A stretch of DNA of 64,000 nucleotides. It comes from a candidate division WOR-3 bacterium (lineage in GTDB: Bacteria; Hydrothermota; Hydrothermia; JBDRYB01). The stretch covers positions 75,315 to 139,314 of the forward strand of contig JBDRYB010000001.1 of the NCBI GenBank assembly GCA_039803205.1. Reading direction: 5' to 3'. The stretch's first letter is position 1, and the number at the start of each line of letters is the position of its first letter. The position numbers and the translations under genes were made by a program. The notes beneath the pieces were generated by a model, which saw nothing but the letters and a program-made list of their open reading frames with translations, searched no databases and was not told the origin of the DNA. Of this stretch, positions 20,096-29,795 are shown piece by piece.

Positions 20096-21613
20096 TTACC
20101 TTACCGCAACCTTCCCCGATTGGTTCTGAGTTTTCCAGAGATAAACCCCTGGCTCAAGGCTCAGCCGGTTTTCGCCCTCGTGCAATTCCCCGGAATAAGC
20201 TAGCCTCCCGTCGGATTTGTAGATCTTTATCCCAATATCATAAGTGGAGATGAAAAGCGCGGCTCCCGGAACCGGGGAGCAGGTTATTTCGGGCTTGGCA
20301 AGCTCGGTTTCAGTCAGTTCAAGTGGCGCGCAAGCATCAGTTATAGTCAGGCTCGGGTTAGTTATAGTGGGGCTTGGGGATGATGTGCTGGGGGAACAGT
20401 TCACTCCAACAGAAGGCGAGGATGTGGCTGGCGAAACATCGTAGACAGCTGGCGAACAATCCTGAACACAGCCGGGATAGTTCCCGTTCTGATCCAGCTT
20501 GAGGACGAGGAAATCAGCATCGCCAGCGCCAAAACTCCATGTCAATCCCGCGACAGCGTAGCCTCCATCAGAGGTTTGGGTTATTGACCAGGCGTCGTCA
20601 CCGCTCGTTCCGCCAAATGTCCTCGCCCAGGCAAGAGAGCCGTCCGGGTTCAGCTTGAGGACGAGGAGATCTACATCGCCGGCGCCGAAATTCTTTGTCC
20701 ATCCCACGACAGCGTAGCCTCCATCAGAGGTCTGGATTATGGAGGAGGCTATGTCCACGTCTGTTCCGCCAAATCTCTTTACCCAGACAAGTGAACCATC
20801 CGGGTTCAGCTTGAGAACGAAGCAATCCCAATAGCCAATGCCGAAACTCCGTGTGCCTCCCGCGACAGCGTAGCCTCTATCAGAAGTTTGGATTATGGAG
20901 TAGACATCGTCATAGTCCGTTCCGCCAAATGTCCTTGCCCAGGCGAGAGAGCCGTCCGGGTTCAGCTTGAGGATGAGGAAATCTTCATCGCCAGAGCCGA
21001 AACTATATGTGTATCCCGCGACAGCGTAGCCTCCGTCCGAGGTCTGGATTATGGAGTAGGCATGGTCACCATCCAGGCCGCCATATGTCCTCGCCCAGGC
21101 GAGTGAGCCATCCGAGTTCAGCTTGAGGACGAGGAAATCGTAACCGCCGGCGGAGAAACTCCATGTCCCTCCCGCGACAGCGTAGCCTCCATCAGAGGTT
21201 TGGGTTATTGACCAGGCGTTCTCACTGCTCGTTCCGCCAAATGTCCTCGCCCAGGCGAGTGAGCCATCCGAGTTCAGCTTAAGGACGAGAAAATCAGAGC
21301 CGCCAGCGCCGAAACTCGCTGTGCATCCCGCGACAGCGTAGCCTCCATCAGAGGTTTGAATTATGGAGAAGGCCTGGTCCCAGTTCGTTCCCCCAAATGT
21401 CCTCGCCCAGTCCAAAGAGCCATCCGGGTTCAGCTTGAGAACGAGGAAATCATAACCGCCAGCGCCGAAACTCTCAGTGCGTCCTGCGACAGCGTAACCT
21501 CCATCAGAGGTTTGGAGTATGGAGTGGGCTATGTCCGGGTTCGTTCCGCCGAAGGCTTTGGCGAAGAGGAACTGCCCCATCAGTATGTTTGTGGTTATGA
21601 AGGCATATATCAT
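20096..21613 (-). CDS. Secreted 7-repeat beta-propeller protein with Ser/Pro/Cys linker and T9SS-like C-terminal domain
   Basis: Seven copies of SIxQTSDGGYAVAGxTxSFGAGxxDFLVLKL; tail IYKSDGRL...LEPGVYLW...GKVAVR; GGAGGT RBS. Confidence 0.88.
   Translation of the reverse strand: MIYAFITTNILMGQFLFAKAFGGTNPDIAHSILQTSDGGYAVAGRTESFGAGGYDFLVLKLNPDGSLDWARTFGGTNWDQAFSIIQTSDGGYAVAGCTASFGAGGSDFLVLKLNSDGSLAWARTFGGTSSENAWSITQTSDGGYAVAGGTWSFSAGGYDFLVLKLNSDGSLAWARTYGGLDGDHAYSIIQTSDGGYAVAGYTYSFGSGDEDFLILKLNPDGSLAWARTFGGTDYDDVYSIIQTSDRGYAVAGGTRSFGIGYWDCFVLKLNPDGSLVWVKRFGGTDVDIASSIIQTSDGGYAVVGWTKNFGAGDVDLLVLKLNPDGSLAWARTFGGTSGDDAWSITQTSDGGYAVAGLTWSFGAGDADFLVLKLDQNGNYPGCVQDCSPAVYDVSPATSSPSVGVNCSPSTSSPSPTITNPSLTITDACAPLELTETELAKPEITCSPVPGAALFISTYDIGIKIYKSDGRLAYSGELHEGENRLSLEPGVYLWKTQNQSGKVAVR
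20495..21553. repeat. Coding tandem repeat, 7 x 156 bp
   Basis: Anchor CAGCTT recurs at 20495, 20651, 20807, 20963, 21119, 21275 and 21431, an exact 156-bp period. Confidence 0.97.
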
Positions 21614-21695
21614 AAATAAACCTCCATAAGGCCTAAGTTATACACCTTTATCAAGGAGTAAAGCCTAGCAAATGGCCAACTTGCCCCTGAACGGA

Positions 21696-21721
21696 GGGCA
21701 GACACGGGGTTCTACCCCTAC
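21696..21721 (-). repeat. Solitary GTAG-type REP-like palindrome
   Basis: Minus strand reads GTAG-GGGTAGA-ACCCCGTG-TCTGCCC, a GTAG foot plus hairpin, in intergenic DNA. Confidence 0.6.
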
Positions 21722-21775
21722 AACCTGATTCCCAAACCTATCCTGTTCTCACCCTTTCTGGCGAGATGCTTGTCT

Positions 21776-22402
21776 CTACTTCACCTTGTATTTCACCGTT
21801 AGGATCTTTGTCTCCGGGTTCTCCGAATAGAACGGCACTGACCAGTATATCTTTCCGCCCTTTATTGAGTCCGCGTTGTGGGAGGAGACAGTCCCCTCAA
21901 CATCCAGGACCAGGTTGAACATCGCGGATGTCAGGAACATGTTCATGAGCTCGTTCATGGAAGCATTAGCGGAATCCTCGGATGTTGCGTTATTAGGCAA
22001 CTCAGTTGGAAGCAGGCTGTCCTGTTTGAACTTGCATGTGAGGGTGCGATCCTTGCCATTCTTATCCAGGTTAAACGAGAATTCCTCTCCTGATCCCGTG
22101 AAGAACTTGTTGAAGTCCTTGAACGAATAATCAGCTGTCATGACTATGTTGCCAGCGGCCGTATCCACATTCTCTTTGTATTTCAGGAGCTTCGCGCCCT
22201 CTTTGCCCTGAGCCATGGTCTTCAGGGTTGTTCTCAGTTGGTCAAGGGTGGTGTCAGTTTGCCCTTCCTCGGGGGCCGAGTATGGCATGGTTACCACGAA
22301 GGAAACCTTTCCGGAGTCGTCCTTCTTCACGCTCATGTTTATGTCCATGGTGTAGCAACCTACGACCATAGCCAGAGAGCCTATCGCTACGAGCTTCTTC
22401 AT
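21776..22402 (-). CDS. Lipoprotein (LppM-like)
   Basis: Lipobox VVGC; MSVKKDDSGKV start and SHNAD...IYW end; GGAGG RBS. Confidence 0.7.
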   Translation of the reverse strand: MKKLVAIGSLAMVVGCYTMDINMSVKKDDSGKVSFVVTMPYSAPEEGQTDTTLDQLRTTLKTMAQGKEGAKLLKYKENVDTAAGNIVMTADYSFKDFNKFFTGSGEEFSFNLDKNGKDRTLTCKFKQDSLLPTELPNNATSEDSANASMNELMNMFLTSAMFNLVLDVEGTVSSHNADSIKGGKIYWSVPFYSENPETKILTVKYKVK

Positions 22403-22438
22403 CTTAAAAAAACCTCCAATTGAGGCGTGAGCCTCGGT

Positions 22439-23110
22439 TCATAGTCCTACTCCAACAAAGGTATATGCCTCCCCGGGATTGAGAATCACGACCTGGGCTT
22501 TCCCGCCGACGAGGCGTTTGAACTCCTCAGGGTCGGCCTGTATTATGGGCCAGGTATTGTAGTGAATGGGTATGACAACTGGGGCCTTTATGAGCTCAAC
22601 AGCCTTAGCGGCTTGAACCACATCCATCGTATATCTTCCGCCTATTGGAATGCAGGCCGCGTCAGGCTTGAGCATCTCTCCGATGAGGGCCATGTCTCCG
22701 AAGAGACCCGTATCACCCGCGTGATATATCCTCTTGCCGTTTGGCATCTCAACAACGCAACCTGTCGGTGCGCCTGACGATGATGTGTGGAAAGCGGGGG
22801 TGAGCCAAACCTTGACGCCGTTTGCCACCACAGGGCCACCGATGTTCATCCCCTCTGCCTTTAGGCCCTTTGACTGGGCCGCAACCGCTATCTCGTGCTG
22901 GGAGACAATTATCGCGCCAGTCTTCTTAGCTATCTCAAAAGCATCCCCCAGGTGATCCGCGTGGTCATGAGTCACCACAATCACATCAGCCTCTTTTATG
23001 TCCTTTGGTTTCTCGGTCGCAAGAGGGTTGTCCTTCAGGAATGGGTCTATGAGAACCGTTTTCCTGCCCTCTATGCGGACAGCAGAGTGTCCAAGGTATC
23101 TGAGCTTCAT
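22439..23110 (-). CDS. Metallo-beta-lactamase-fold hydrolase (UPF0173)
   Basis: YLGHS, IDPF, THDHADH, YHAGDTG, PIHYNTW. Confidence 0.94.
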   Translation of the reverse strand: MKLRYLGHSAVRIEGRKTVLIDPFLKDNPLATEKPKDIKEADVIVVTHDHADHLGDAFEIAKKTGAIIVSQHEIAVAAQSKGLKAEGMNIGGPVVANGVKVWLTPAFHTSSSGAPTGCVVEMPNGKRIYHAGDTGLFGDMALIGEMLKPDAACIPIGGRYTMDVVQAAKAVELIKAPVVIPIHYNTWPIIQADPEEFKRLVGGKAQVVILNPGEAYTFVGVGL

Positions 23111-23166
23111 CTCTACAACCTCCTAACGAATTAAAGTATAAAGGCCTGGCCTCCTCTCGCGCAAGC

Positions 23167-24405
23167 TCAACGACCGGTAAGCCCTTTGAAGTAAATTTGA
23201 TTCTCCCTCCAGAATCCCTCACCGAAGAATCCCACGGGGTTCGGGTAAAGCTTCACCTCGCTCAGGGTTCCGGTCCCGCTCTCAGCCACTATGAGAATCG
23301 CTATAACCGGTAGCCCCATCCAGGACTCGCCCCCGAAATAACACCTCCATGCATCCTTTATACTCCTCGGATTGCCATTAAGGGCTGGCAGATTCAGGAT
23401 CTCGCCCAACATAACAGCGCTCGTATCGCACAGAAGCAGGCATCTCGCTCCTGGGACTATAGCGGATGGTAATTGCCCTTGACCGGATATGCCAACGAGG
23501 CCCGTGAACTCTATGCAGAGGCTATCAAGGAACCTCGGGATTATTCTGAAACAGCGCTCCGGATCCCTCTCAGGGTATAGGGAAAGCGCCTGAGGGTTTC
23601 CGAGAACCAAAAGGAGCGAATCCCCCTCTGATATGGAGATGCCGGTTTCCCGGCGGCCATCAAAGAGGGCATCGGGGTCGTCCTGGCCCATGAGCCTCCT
23701 TCCGATCCAAAGAGCGTTTGGCTCTCTGAAGATCACCGATATGTCCTCACTCGGTTCCTGATTCGTCCAGGTCCAGCGGATCGTGTCTCCGGAAACCGAG
23801 CAGCTCAACGGGCTTATTGGCGGAAAACCGAAGCCCATGAAACATTCGGCGGGTATCCGATCCGCAACAACCTCAACCTCCACGGTCTCCGGCGCCTCAG
23901 CCCAAAGAGAGCCGGTTTTCAGGTAATAATGGAACTCTCTGATGCCACCAGTGTGAGAGTCGGAACCCACGCCAAGCGTGTAGGAGTGGGAAATCCGAAG
24001 GGTTTCGCCTTTGGCAAACGAGAGCTGGTGAACGAACCAAGGGTTATCCTGAAACCAAGAAAAGACCTCCTCCGCTACCTCAAAACCCTCTGGGAGCCGG
24101 AGAGTAGAATCCTGAAGCTCATGAAAAAGGGGCCCACCCTCGCTGACGCTTACCTTTTTGCCGTTGACCCTCGCGGTAAATCCCCTCATGCTCTCCTGTT
24201 TCGGAAACGCGCATCGGAGACTCACTGGGGCCCCCAAGTTGACGAATACATATGATGCGCGAACGACCGCGCTGTCTTGATTCAGAACGACCCTCACTTT
24301 CTCAGAGACCATCTTCACATCCGATGACCTAAGGGGAACCAAGGAGCTCAGCTCAGCGCCCCAAACGACTACGGGGTCAGACAATAGAAGGGACAAAAAC
24401 AGCAT
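23167..24405 (-). CDS. Secreted protein with a DUF4424-like N-terminal domain
   Basis: VKMVSEKVRV, YVFVN, AFP, YYLKTGSLW pattern; TATAAT 7 nt before ATG. Confidence 0.65.
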   Translation of the reverse strand: MLFLSLLLSDPVVVWGAELSSLVPLRSSDVKMVSEKVRVVLNQDSAVVRASYVFVNLGAPVSLRCAFPKQESMRGFTARVNGKKVSVSEGGPLFHELQDSTLRLPEGFEVAEEVFSWFQDNPWFVHQLSFAKGETLRISHSYTLGVGSDSHTGGIREFHYYLKTGSLWAEAPETVEVEVVADRIPAECFMGFGFPPISPLSCSVSGDTIRWTWTNQEPSEDISVIFREPNALWIGRRLMGQDDPDALFDGRRETGISISEGDSLLLVLGNPQALSLYPERDPERCFRIIPRFLDSLCIEFTGLVGISGQGQLPSAIVPGARCLLLCDTSAVMLGEILNLPALNGNPRSIKDAWRCYFGGESWMGLPVIAILIVAESGTGTLSEVKLYPNPVGFFGEGFWRENQIYFKGLTGR

Positions 24406-24485
24406 AAACTAAATTATAGGCCACTGAGGAACCCACATTCAATCCCCTTCCTGGCTGGAGTATGGGAGTGCATATCTTGGGGGAT

Positions 24486-24887
24486 CTATTTGGAATATCT
24501 CTCCAGAATTCCCATGCATTCCGAGGGGCTGGAGGCGGAATCCAGGGATTCCCTCACTTCCTCGTCCGTCATTATCCTCGCCACCCTCGCCAGGGCAATG
24601 AGGTGAGCATCCGGGTCATCCTTTGGGGATATGACCAGAAAAACATACCGAACCTCTGCACCATCATCCTCAAATGGCCTAGCAGGCTTCATGAATCCCA
24701 GGATTGGCACATCAACCCAGTCCCTCGCGTGCAGGATGCTCACGCCGTCTCCGATGAAAGTTGGCATCAGCTCCTCCAACGGGGTTTTCACGCCCATTTG
24801 GGAAAGAAGGAGCCTTCCAGCCTCCTCAAGGCAATCCACTTCTGAGCCGAGGATGGCAAAGCTCGGTCTAAAAACCCTTTTTTCCAT
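24486..24887 (-). CDS. PTS EIIA type-2 (PtsN/fructose-like) domain protein
   Basis: TFIGDGVSILHAR (phospho-His), VFLVISP, HLIALARVAR. Confidence 0.85.
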   Translation of the reverse strand: MEKRVFRPSFAILGSEVDCLEEAGRLLLSQMGVKTPLEELMPTFIGDGVSILHARDWVDVPILGFMKPARPFEDDGAEVRYVFLVISPKDDPDAHLIALARVARIMTDEEVRESLDSASSPSECMGILERYSK

Positions 24888-24890
24888 AAT

Positions 24891-25442
24891 TTATCTCGCT
24901 CTTATCTCCAACCTTCTGTTCTGAGACCTGCCCTCAGGCGTTGAGTTAGATGCCACAGGCCTGGTAGGACCATAAGAAACAGCATAAAGAACGGAATCTG
25001 GAATGCCCTTGCTGATGAGAAAGCGCACAACAGCCGCGGACCTCGCTCCAGCCAGCTCCCAGTTGCTCGGATACTTGTCCGTGTTGGTTATCACTGGTGA
25101 AGCATCTGTGTAGCAAGCAACGGTGATCTCGGAGTATCCCTCTTTCTTGAGCTCGGAAGCCAGCTCCGTCAGGATGGACTCGCCCTCCTTGGATATCTGT
25201 GGAGTTCCCGGCAAAAAGATCTTGTCAGTCGGATAAACGACCTTGGGGCCCTCCTGTTTTATTGCCGGATTCTCAACCTTCAGGCCCTCAGGGGGTTTCT
25301 TCATGCCTAGTAGCCTCTCGTTCTCCCTTTCAAGGTCAGCGAGCGCGGCAACAGCGGGGGTATAAAGGAAGGCATAAAGGTATATTCCAACGCCCGCAAG
25401 AAGCACGCAGAGAAAGAACAAGAACCAGGTTGCTATCCTCAT
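24891..25442 (-). CDS. OmpA/MotB-family peptidoglycan-binding protein with N-terminal TM anchor
   Basis: YTD, SNWELAGARSAAV, YGPTRP, GRSQNRRLEI. Confidence 0.9.
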   Translation of the reverse strand: MRIATWFLFFLCVLLAGVGIYLYAFLYTPAVAALADLERENERLLGMKKPPEGLKVENPAIKQEGPKVVYPTDKIFLPGTPQISKEGESILTELASELKKEGYSEITVACYTDASPVITNTDKYPSNWELAGARSAAVVRFLISKGIPDSVLYAVSYGPTRPVASNSTPEGRSQNRRLEIRAR

Positions 25443-25696
25443 CCCAGTAGCTCCTTGAGCCTTTCCGGACCGAGGCCAGGAACATCCACGACCTTTAATC
25501 TGGAGCTGGCGCCGGATGTTATCTTGATGTCCTTGGCAGGGAGGCCAAAGGCCAAAGCGAGAAATCGTATGAGAGCGCGATTGGCCTCGCCCTTAGTGGG
25601 CCTTGCGGAAATAGCTACATGCACTATCCCATCATCCCCTAAACCCAGGAACCTGTCCTCAGGTGCTCCAGGCTTTACTTTTATCCTCAGCTTCAC
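25439..25696 (-). CDS. DUF167 (YggU) family protein
   Basis: VKPGA, ARPTKGEAN, ITSGASSRLK. Confidence 0.92.
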   Translation of the reverse strand: MKLRIKVKPGAPEDRFLGLGDDGIVHVAISARPTKGEANRALIRFLALAFGLPAKDIKITSGASSRLKVVDVPGLGPERLKELLG

Positions 25697-25698
25697 GG

Positions 25699-28191
25699 TT
25701 ATCCACCCATTTTTTGCTTTGCCTTAGCTAGGTTCTTCTTCGCCTTTGAGTGATTAGGGTCCAGGTCCAGGACCTTTGTCCAGTAATAAACAGCTGTTTC
25801 GTAGTCCTCCTTAACATATGCCTCAACCCCCTTTAGATAGAGGGCGTTGATCTCATCCTCGGAGACAGAGGGCTTCGCGGAAGCAGAGCGAGCCTCAGCT
25901 ATCCTCGCGAGATAAGCATTAGCCTCTGATAGCGAAGGGTCAAGCTTCAGCGCGGCTCGGAACTTTGCCTCGGCCTCGTCGTATTTCTTCTGATTGAAAA
26001 GCTCCTTCCCCTCGTTTAGCCTATCCCTCGCGGCCTGCCTTATCTTTGCCTGCGCGTCCTCCCTGCCGGAGAGAGCCTCCTTGTTGCCCGGCTCTAGTTT
26101 GAGAGCCTGATTAAACTTGGAAAGGGCGGATGTGTAATGTCCCTTTGCCATCAACTCCCTGCCTTCGGCCACGAGCTGAGCGGCCTCGCTCACCTGCCTG
26201 TTCTGCGCCCTGGAGATGTAATCCCTCGCGGACTTGTTCTCCGGATCCAGCTGGAGAACCTTATTCCACAGCCCTATCGCGCCCTCAATATCCCCTCTCG
26301 CGTAGAGAGCGAGACCCTGCGCGAGGTATTCTGACACATTCGGCTTTGCCCCTGAGCCCTGCTGTTCCAGTAGGGCATTGAAAGCCATATCGTACCACTT
26401 CTTGATGCTCTCAGAGCCTGGCTCTGCCTTCAGGGCGCGGTCAAACTCCACCAGCGCGTCCAGATACCTCCCCTCATTGTAAAACCCTATGCCTCGTTCA
26501 AGTGCCTTTTTGGTCTGGTATGCTCCAGCCTCCGCCTTGTAGCGCTCGTATAGCTCCTTGACCTGAGGGTTCTCCGGATCCCAAACACCTGCTATATCAA
26601 GGTATCTGAGGGCCTCATCGTATTCCCCAACGGCCGCCTTGTCCTGCGCCATGCTGACGAAAGCGGCCGCTGTTGCCCTTGACTTCTCATCGCCGGCCGC
26701 GGCCTCGCCCGTCTGGCCCTCAGGGATGAGGGCTATATCCTTGACAACAGGCTCCCCTGCCCTCACTGCCACGACCTCAACCGATGGCTTGTATCCTTTT
26801 GCCTCTACCGATATTGTGTAAAGCCCAACATCAATGTTCGGAACCTTGAACAAACCAGTTGAAGGGTCAGCCGCAACAGGAGGAATGTTGAGGTCCACGA
26901 ACTCTATGGTCGCGGGAATGGGCTCTCCTGTCCTCTTGTCCACCACCTTACCCGCTATGACTCCCTTGGTTCCAGAGGCCACAGGGCCTCCCGTGGAAAC
27001 GAGAAACACATTTTTATATGACACCTGATCCTTTGATACGATGACGGTTTCCGTATAGAGCTCCTTGCCAGGCGCCTCAACCACCAGGGTTACTTTGCCC
27101 TCAGGAACGCCCTCTATCCTGAAAACCCCGGCCTCGTCAGTGGGCTGACGGTTGATCTTTGCCTCAGGCACGGAAACCAGAGCCTTGATGGGTTGGTTTG
27201 TGCTCCTGTCAAAGATGGTGCCCCAGACTATGCCAGTGGCTGGTTTGACCTCCTTGGGCTTGTGGGTGTAAGCGTATGAGACTCCGACCCAAATTGACCA
27301 GTCAGGGGTCCATGACGGAAGCCAGAAATCAGGCTCTGAGAGATTATCCAAACAACCCTCCCTGGCCCTCTGCCAGAAATCAAGCCCGAAGAACACCCCC
27401 GCGCCACCCTGGGTTGCTGTCTTTAGGCCTAATGTCCAATAAGCCGGCGCCCTGCCGTGCCTATTGTAATTGTCTGAAACAAAGCTCGTTGAGTAATACT
27501 CCGCGAAGGGCTCGTAACTGCCGGTCCTCAGCTCAAGGGCAAACCCCCATTCAAATGTGTTGTCAGAAGGATCACCGTTCTCGTTGGAACCGAAACCCAT
27601 GTTGAGGTTAAAGGCAAAAAGATCCAAAGGCACATATGTGACAAGCGCGCCCGCGTATGTGGAATTTGAACCGTATCCGAGCAATCTCCAAACCCCCCCG
27701 GTGTAGCTGACGCCAAGGCTGGAGGTGTCCCGGCCCTCACCCCCCCACTTCCCTGGTGCTACGGGAAAGGAGTATCGGAGGAGAAGGGCCCCGGCCCCAG
27801 GGAAATCAAAGAACCTGAATGGGTATGAGAGCTTGTTGTTGAAGAATATATCCCCTATGGAGGTTGACATGTGGGTGTTGACATCTCGGCCAAACTTGCC
27901 ATTCCAGAGGTCATTTCGGAGGGGGGCGGTCACGCTCGTCTCCCAATAGCGCCAGCTGAAGCCCATTCCGAACCAGAGCTCGTTCGCGAGACGGGATACG
28001 CCCTCGTATGTGGTGTCAGCTATGTATCCAACGCTGTCCTCGGAGTATCTCTTCCAGGTGATGTTCAAAGAGGGAATGACCATGGTTAGGGTTGGGAGGT
28101 CCCTGGAATCGGCCGAGATGACCCTCTGCGTCCCTGATAAACACTGGAAATTCAAACCTCCAAGGAGGCCAAAAACCAGAACTAATCCCAT
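25699..28191 (-). CDS. Probable outer-membrane barrel + two carboxypeptidase-regulatory-like domains + TPR array
   Basis: Aromatic alternating N-terminal half; two GxIxGxVxD...PI Ig-like repeats; multiple TPRs; GGAGG RBS before ATG 28191. Confidence 0.75.
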   Translation of the reverse strand: MGLVLVFGLLGGLNFQCLSGTQRVISADSRDLPTLTMVIPSLNITWKRYSEDSVGYIADTTYEGVSRLANELWFGMGFSWRYWETSVTAPLRNDLWNGKFGRDVNTHMSTSIGDIFFNNKLSYPFRFFDFPGAGALLLRYSFPVAPGKWGGEGRDTSSLGVSYTGGVWRLLGYGSNSTYAGALVTYVPLDLFAFNLNMGFGSNENGDPSDNTFEWGFALELRTGSYEPFAEYYSTSFVSDNYNRHGRAPAYWTLGLKTATQGGAGVFFGLDFWQRAREGCLDNLSEPDFWLPSWTPDWSIWVGVSYAYTHKPKEVKPATGIVWGTIFDRSTNQPIKALVSVPEAKINRQPTDEAGVFRIEGVPEGKVTLVVEAPGKELYTETVIVSKDQVSYKNVFLVSTGGPVASGTKGVIAGKVVDKRTGEPIPATIEFVDLNIPPVAADPSTGLFKVPNIDVGLYTISVEAKGYKPSVEVVAVRAGEPVVKDIALIPEGQTGEAAAGDEKSRATAAAFVSMAQDKAAVGEYDEALRYLDIAGVWDPENPQVKELYERYKAEAGAYQTKKALERGIGFYNEGRYLDALVEFDRALKAEPGSESIKKWYDMAFNALLEQQGSGAKPNVSEYLAQGLALYARGDIEGAIGLWNKVLQLDPENKSARDYISRAQNRQVSEAAQLVAEGRELMAKGHYTSALSKFNQALKLEPGNKEALSGREDAQAKIRQAARDRLNEGKELFNQKKYDEAEAKFRAALKLDPSLSEANAYLARIAEARSASAKPSVSEDEINALYLKGVEAYVKEDYETAVYYWTKVLDLDPNHSKAKKNLAKAKQKMGG

Positions 28192-28315
28192 AACAACCTC
28201 CTTTGTTTGCATATGTTAAAGCAAAACGAGGCCCTTTTGCAACCCTTACCCTAATTTTGGCTTTTCAGATAAATGATCGGTGCGCCGGATCGGGCCCATC
28301 CACTATAATTTGGCC

Positions 28316-29734
28316 ATGCCTGAGGAAAGGGAAGATCTTACTGTCAAGGAATACACGGATGTAAGGTATATCTCAGGGCCGCTTCTCGTGGTATACGGGG
28401 CGCGGGAACTCTCATACAGCGCCCAGGTTGACATCATCCTTGGGGATGGAACCGAAAGAGCCGGTCAGGTCCTCGAGGCCAACAGGGATTTCGCTGTGAT
28501 CCAGGTCCTTGAGGGAACCCTCGGCCTTGATGTTGAAACAGCGAGGGTGAGGCTCAGAGAGGATGTTGTTCGCTTCGGTGTCTCAAGGGACATGGTGGGC
28601 CGGATATTCAACGGCCGAGGCCTTCCCAGGGATGGACTGCCGCCAGTCGTCCCCGAGAAGCACATGCCCATAATTGGCGCGCCAATAAACCCCGTCGCGA
28701 GAGGCCGGCCTCAGGACTTCATACAGACGGGCGTCTCAGCCCTTGACGGATTCAACACCCTGGTTCGCGGACAGAAGCTGCCCATATTCTCTGGAGCGGG
28801 CCTGCCAGCCAACGAGATAGCGACCATGATAATGCGTCACGCGACCGTCAGGGGTGAAGGCGAGGAGTTCCTGGTTGTCCTTGGCGCTATAGGCCTAACC
28901 CAGCGCGAATACGCCTTCTTCTTGAACGAGTTCGCGGAGATGGGCGCTGGCTCGCGTTTTATAGCATTCATAAACCTCGCGGATGACCCAACCATAGAGC
29001 GAATCCTCACGCCCCGGTTCGCCCTCACTGCGGCCGAATACTTCGCTTTTGACCTCAATTACCATGTCCTCGTCATCCTCACTGACATAACCAACTACGC
29101 TGAGGCCCTCAGAGAGATCTCAGCGGCAAGGGACGAGGTTCCTGGAAGGCGCGGTTATCCTGGATACCTATACACTGACCTCGCGAGCATTTACGAACGA
29201 GCAGGGCGCATAAAGGGGCGCAAGGGCTCAATAACCCAGATACCCATCCTTACAATGCCGGACGATGACATAACCCATCCAATACCGGACCTAACAGCAT
29301 ACATAACCGAGGGCCAGATATTCCTCTCCAGGGAGCTTCACAGAAAGGGGATATTTCCTCCCATTGATGTATTAATGAGCCTTTCGCGTCTGATGAACCA
29401 AGGAATAGGCCCTGGCAAGACGAGGGAGGATCACAGGGAGTGGTCAAACCAGCTCTACGCCGCATACGCGAGGGGAAAAGACATGCGCAGGCTTGTTGCC
29501 ATAGTTGGAGAGGACGCGCTTGGGGATATGGACAGGATGTATCTTCGGTTCGCTGACCGGTTTGAGAACGAGATGATAGGCCAAGGGACCGAACCGAGGA
29601 CAATAGAGGAGACCCTTGAGGTAGGGTGGAGGTTGCTCTCGGAGATGCCGGAGGGGGAGCTGACAAAGATAAGAAGGGAATACATAAGGAAGTATATGCC
29701 CAGGAAGAAAGAGGCGGAGAGAACGAGCGAGTGA
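28316..29734 (+). CDS. atpB: V/A-type ATP synthase subunit B
   Basis: [52 protein letters not shown] 6 nt after TATAAT. Confidence 0.97.
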   Translation: MPEEREDLTVKEYTDVRYISGPLLVVYGARELSYSAQVDIILGDGTERAGQVLEANRDFAVIQVLEGTLGLDVETARVRLREDVVRFGVSRDMVGRIFNGRGLPRDGLPPVVPEKHMPIIGAPINPVARGRPQDFIQTGVSALDGFNTLVRGQKLPIFSGAGLPANEIATMIMRHATVRGEGEEFLVVLGAIGLTQREYAFFLNEFAEMGAGSRFIAFINLADDPTIERILTPRFALTAAEYFAFDLNYHVLVILTDITNYAEALREISAARDEVPGRRGYPGYLYTDLASIYERAGRIKGRKGSITQIPILTMPDDDITHPIPDLTAYITEGQIFLSRELHRKGIFPPIDVLMSLSRLMNQGIGPGKTREDHREWSNQLYAAYARGKDMRRLVAIVGEDALGDMDRMYLRFADRFENEMIGQGTEPRTIEETLEVGWRLLSEMPEGELTKIRREYIRKYMPRKKEAERTSE

Positions 29735-29795
29735 ATTTTCCGAATCCGGAAAGAACAAAGAGCAATCAGAAACCACCGTAATCTCTGATCTTCAC

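Noticed and set aside
20495..21553. Diversity-generating retroelement (TR/VR) behind the propeller variation
   Set aside because: Variable codons differ at all three positions while neighbouring adenines stay fixed; no reverse transcriptase or non-coding template repeat is visible in the window.
24891..25442. Flagellar stator motB
   Set aside because: No adjacent motA and no conserved Asp-containing MotB TM motif; called only as OmpA/MotB-family.
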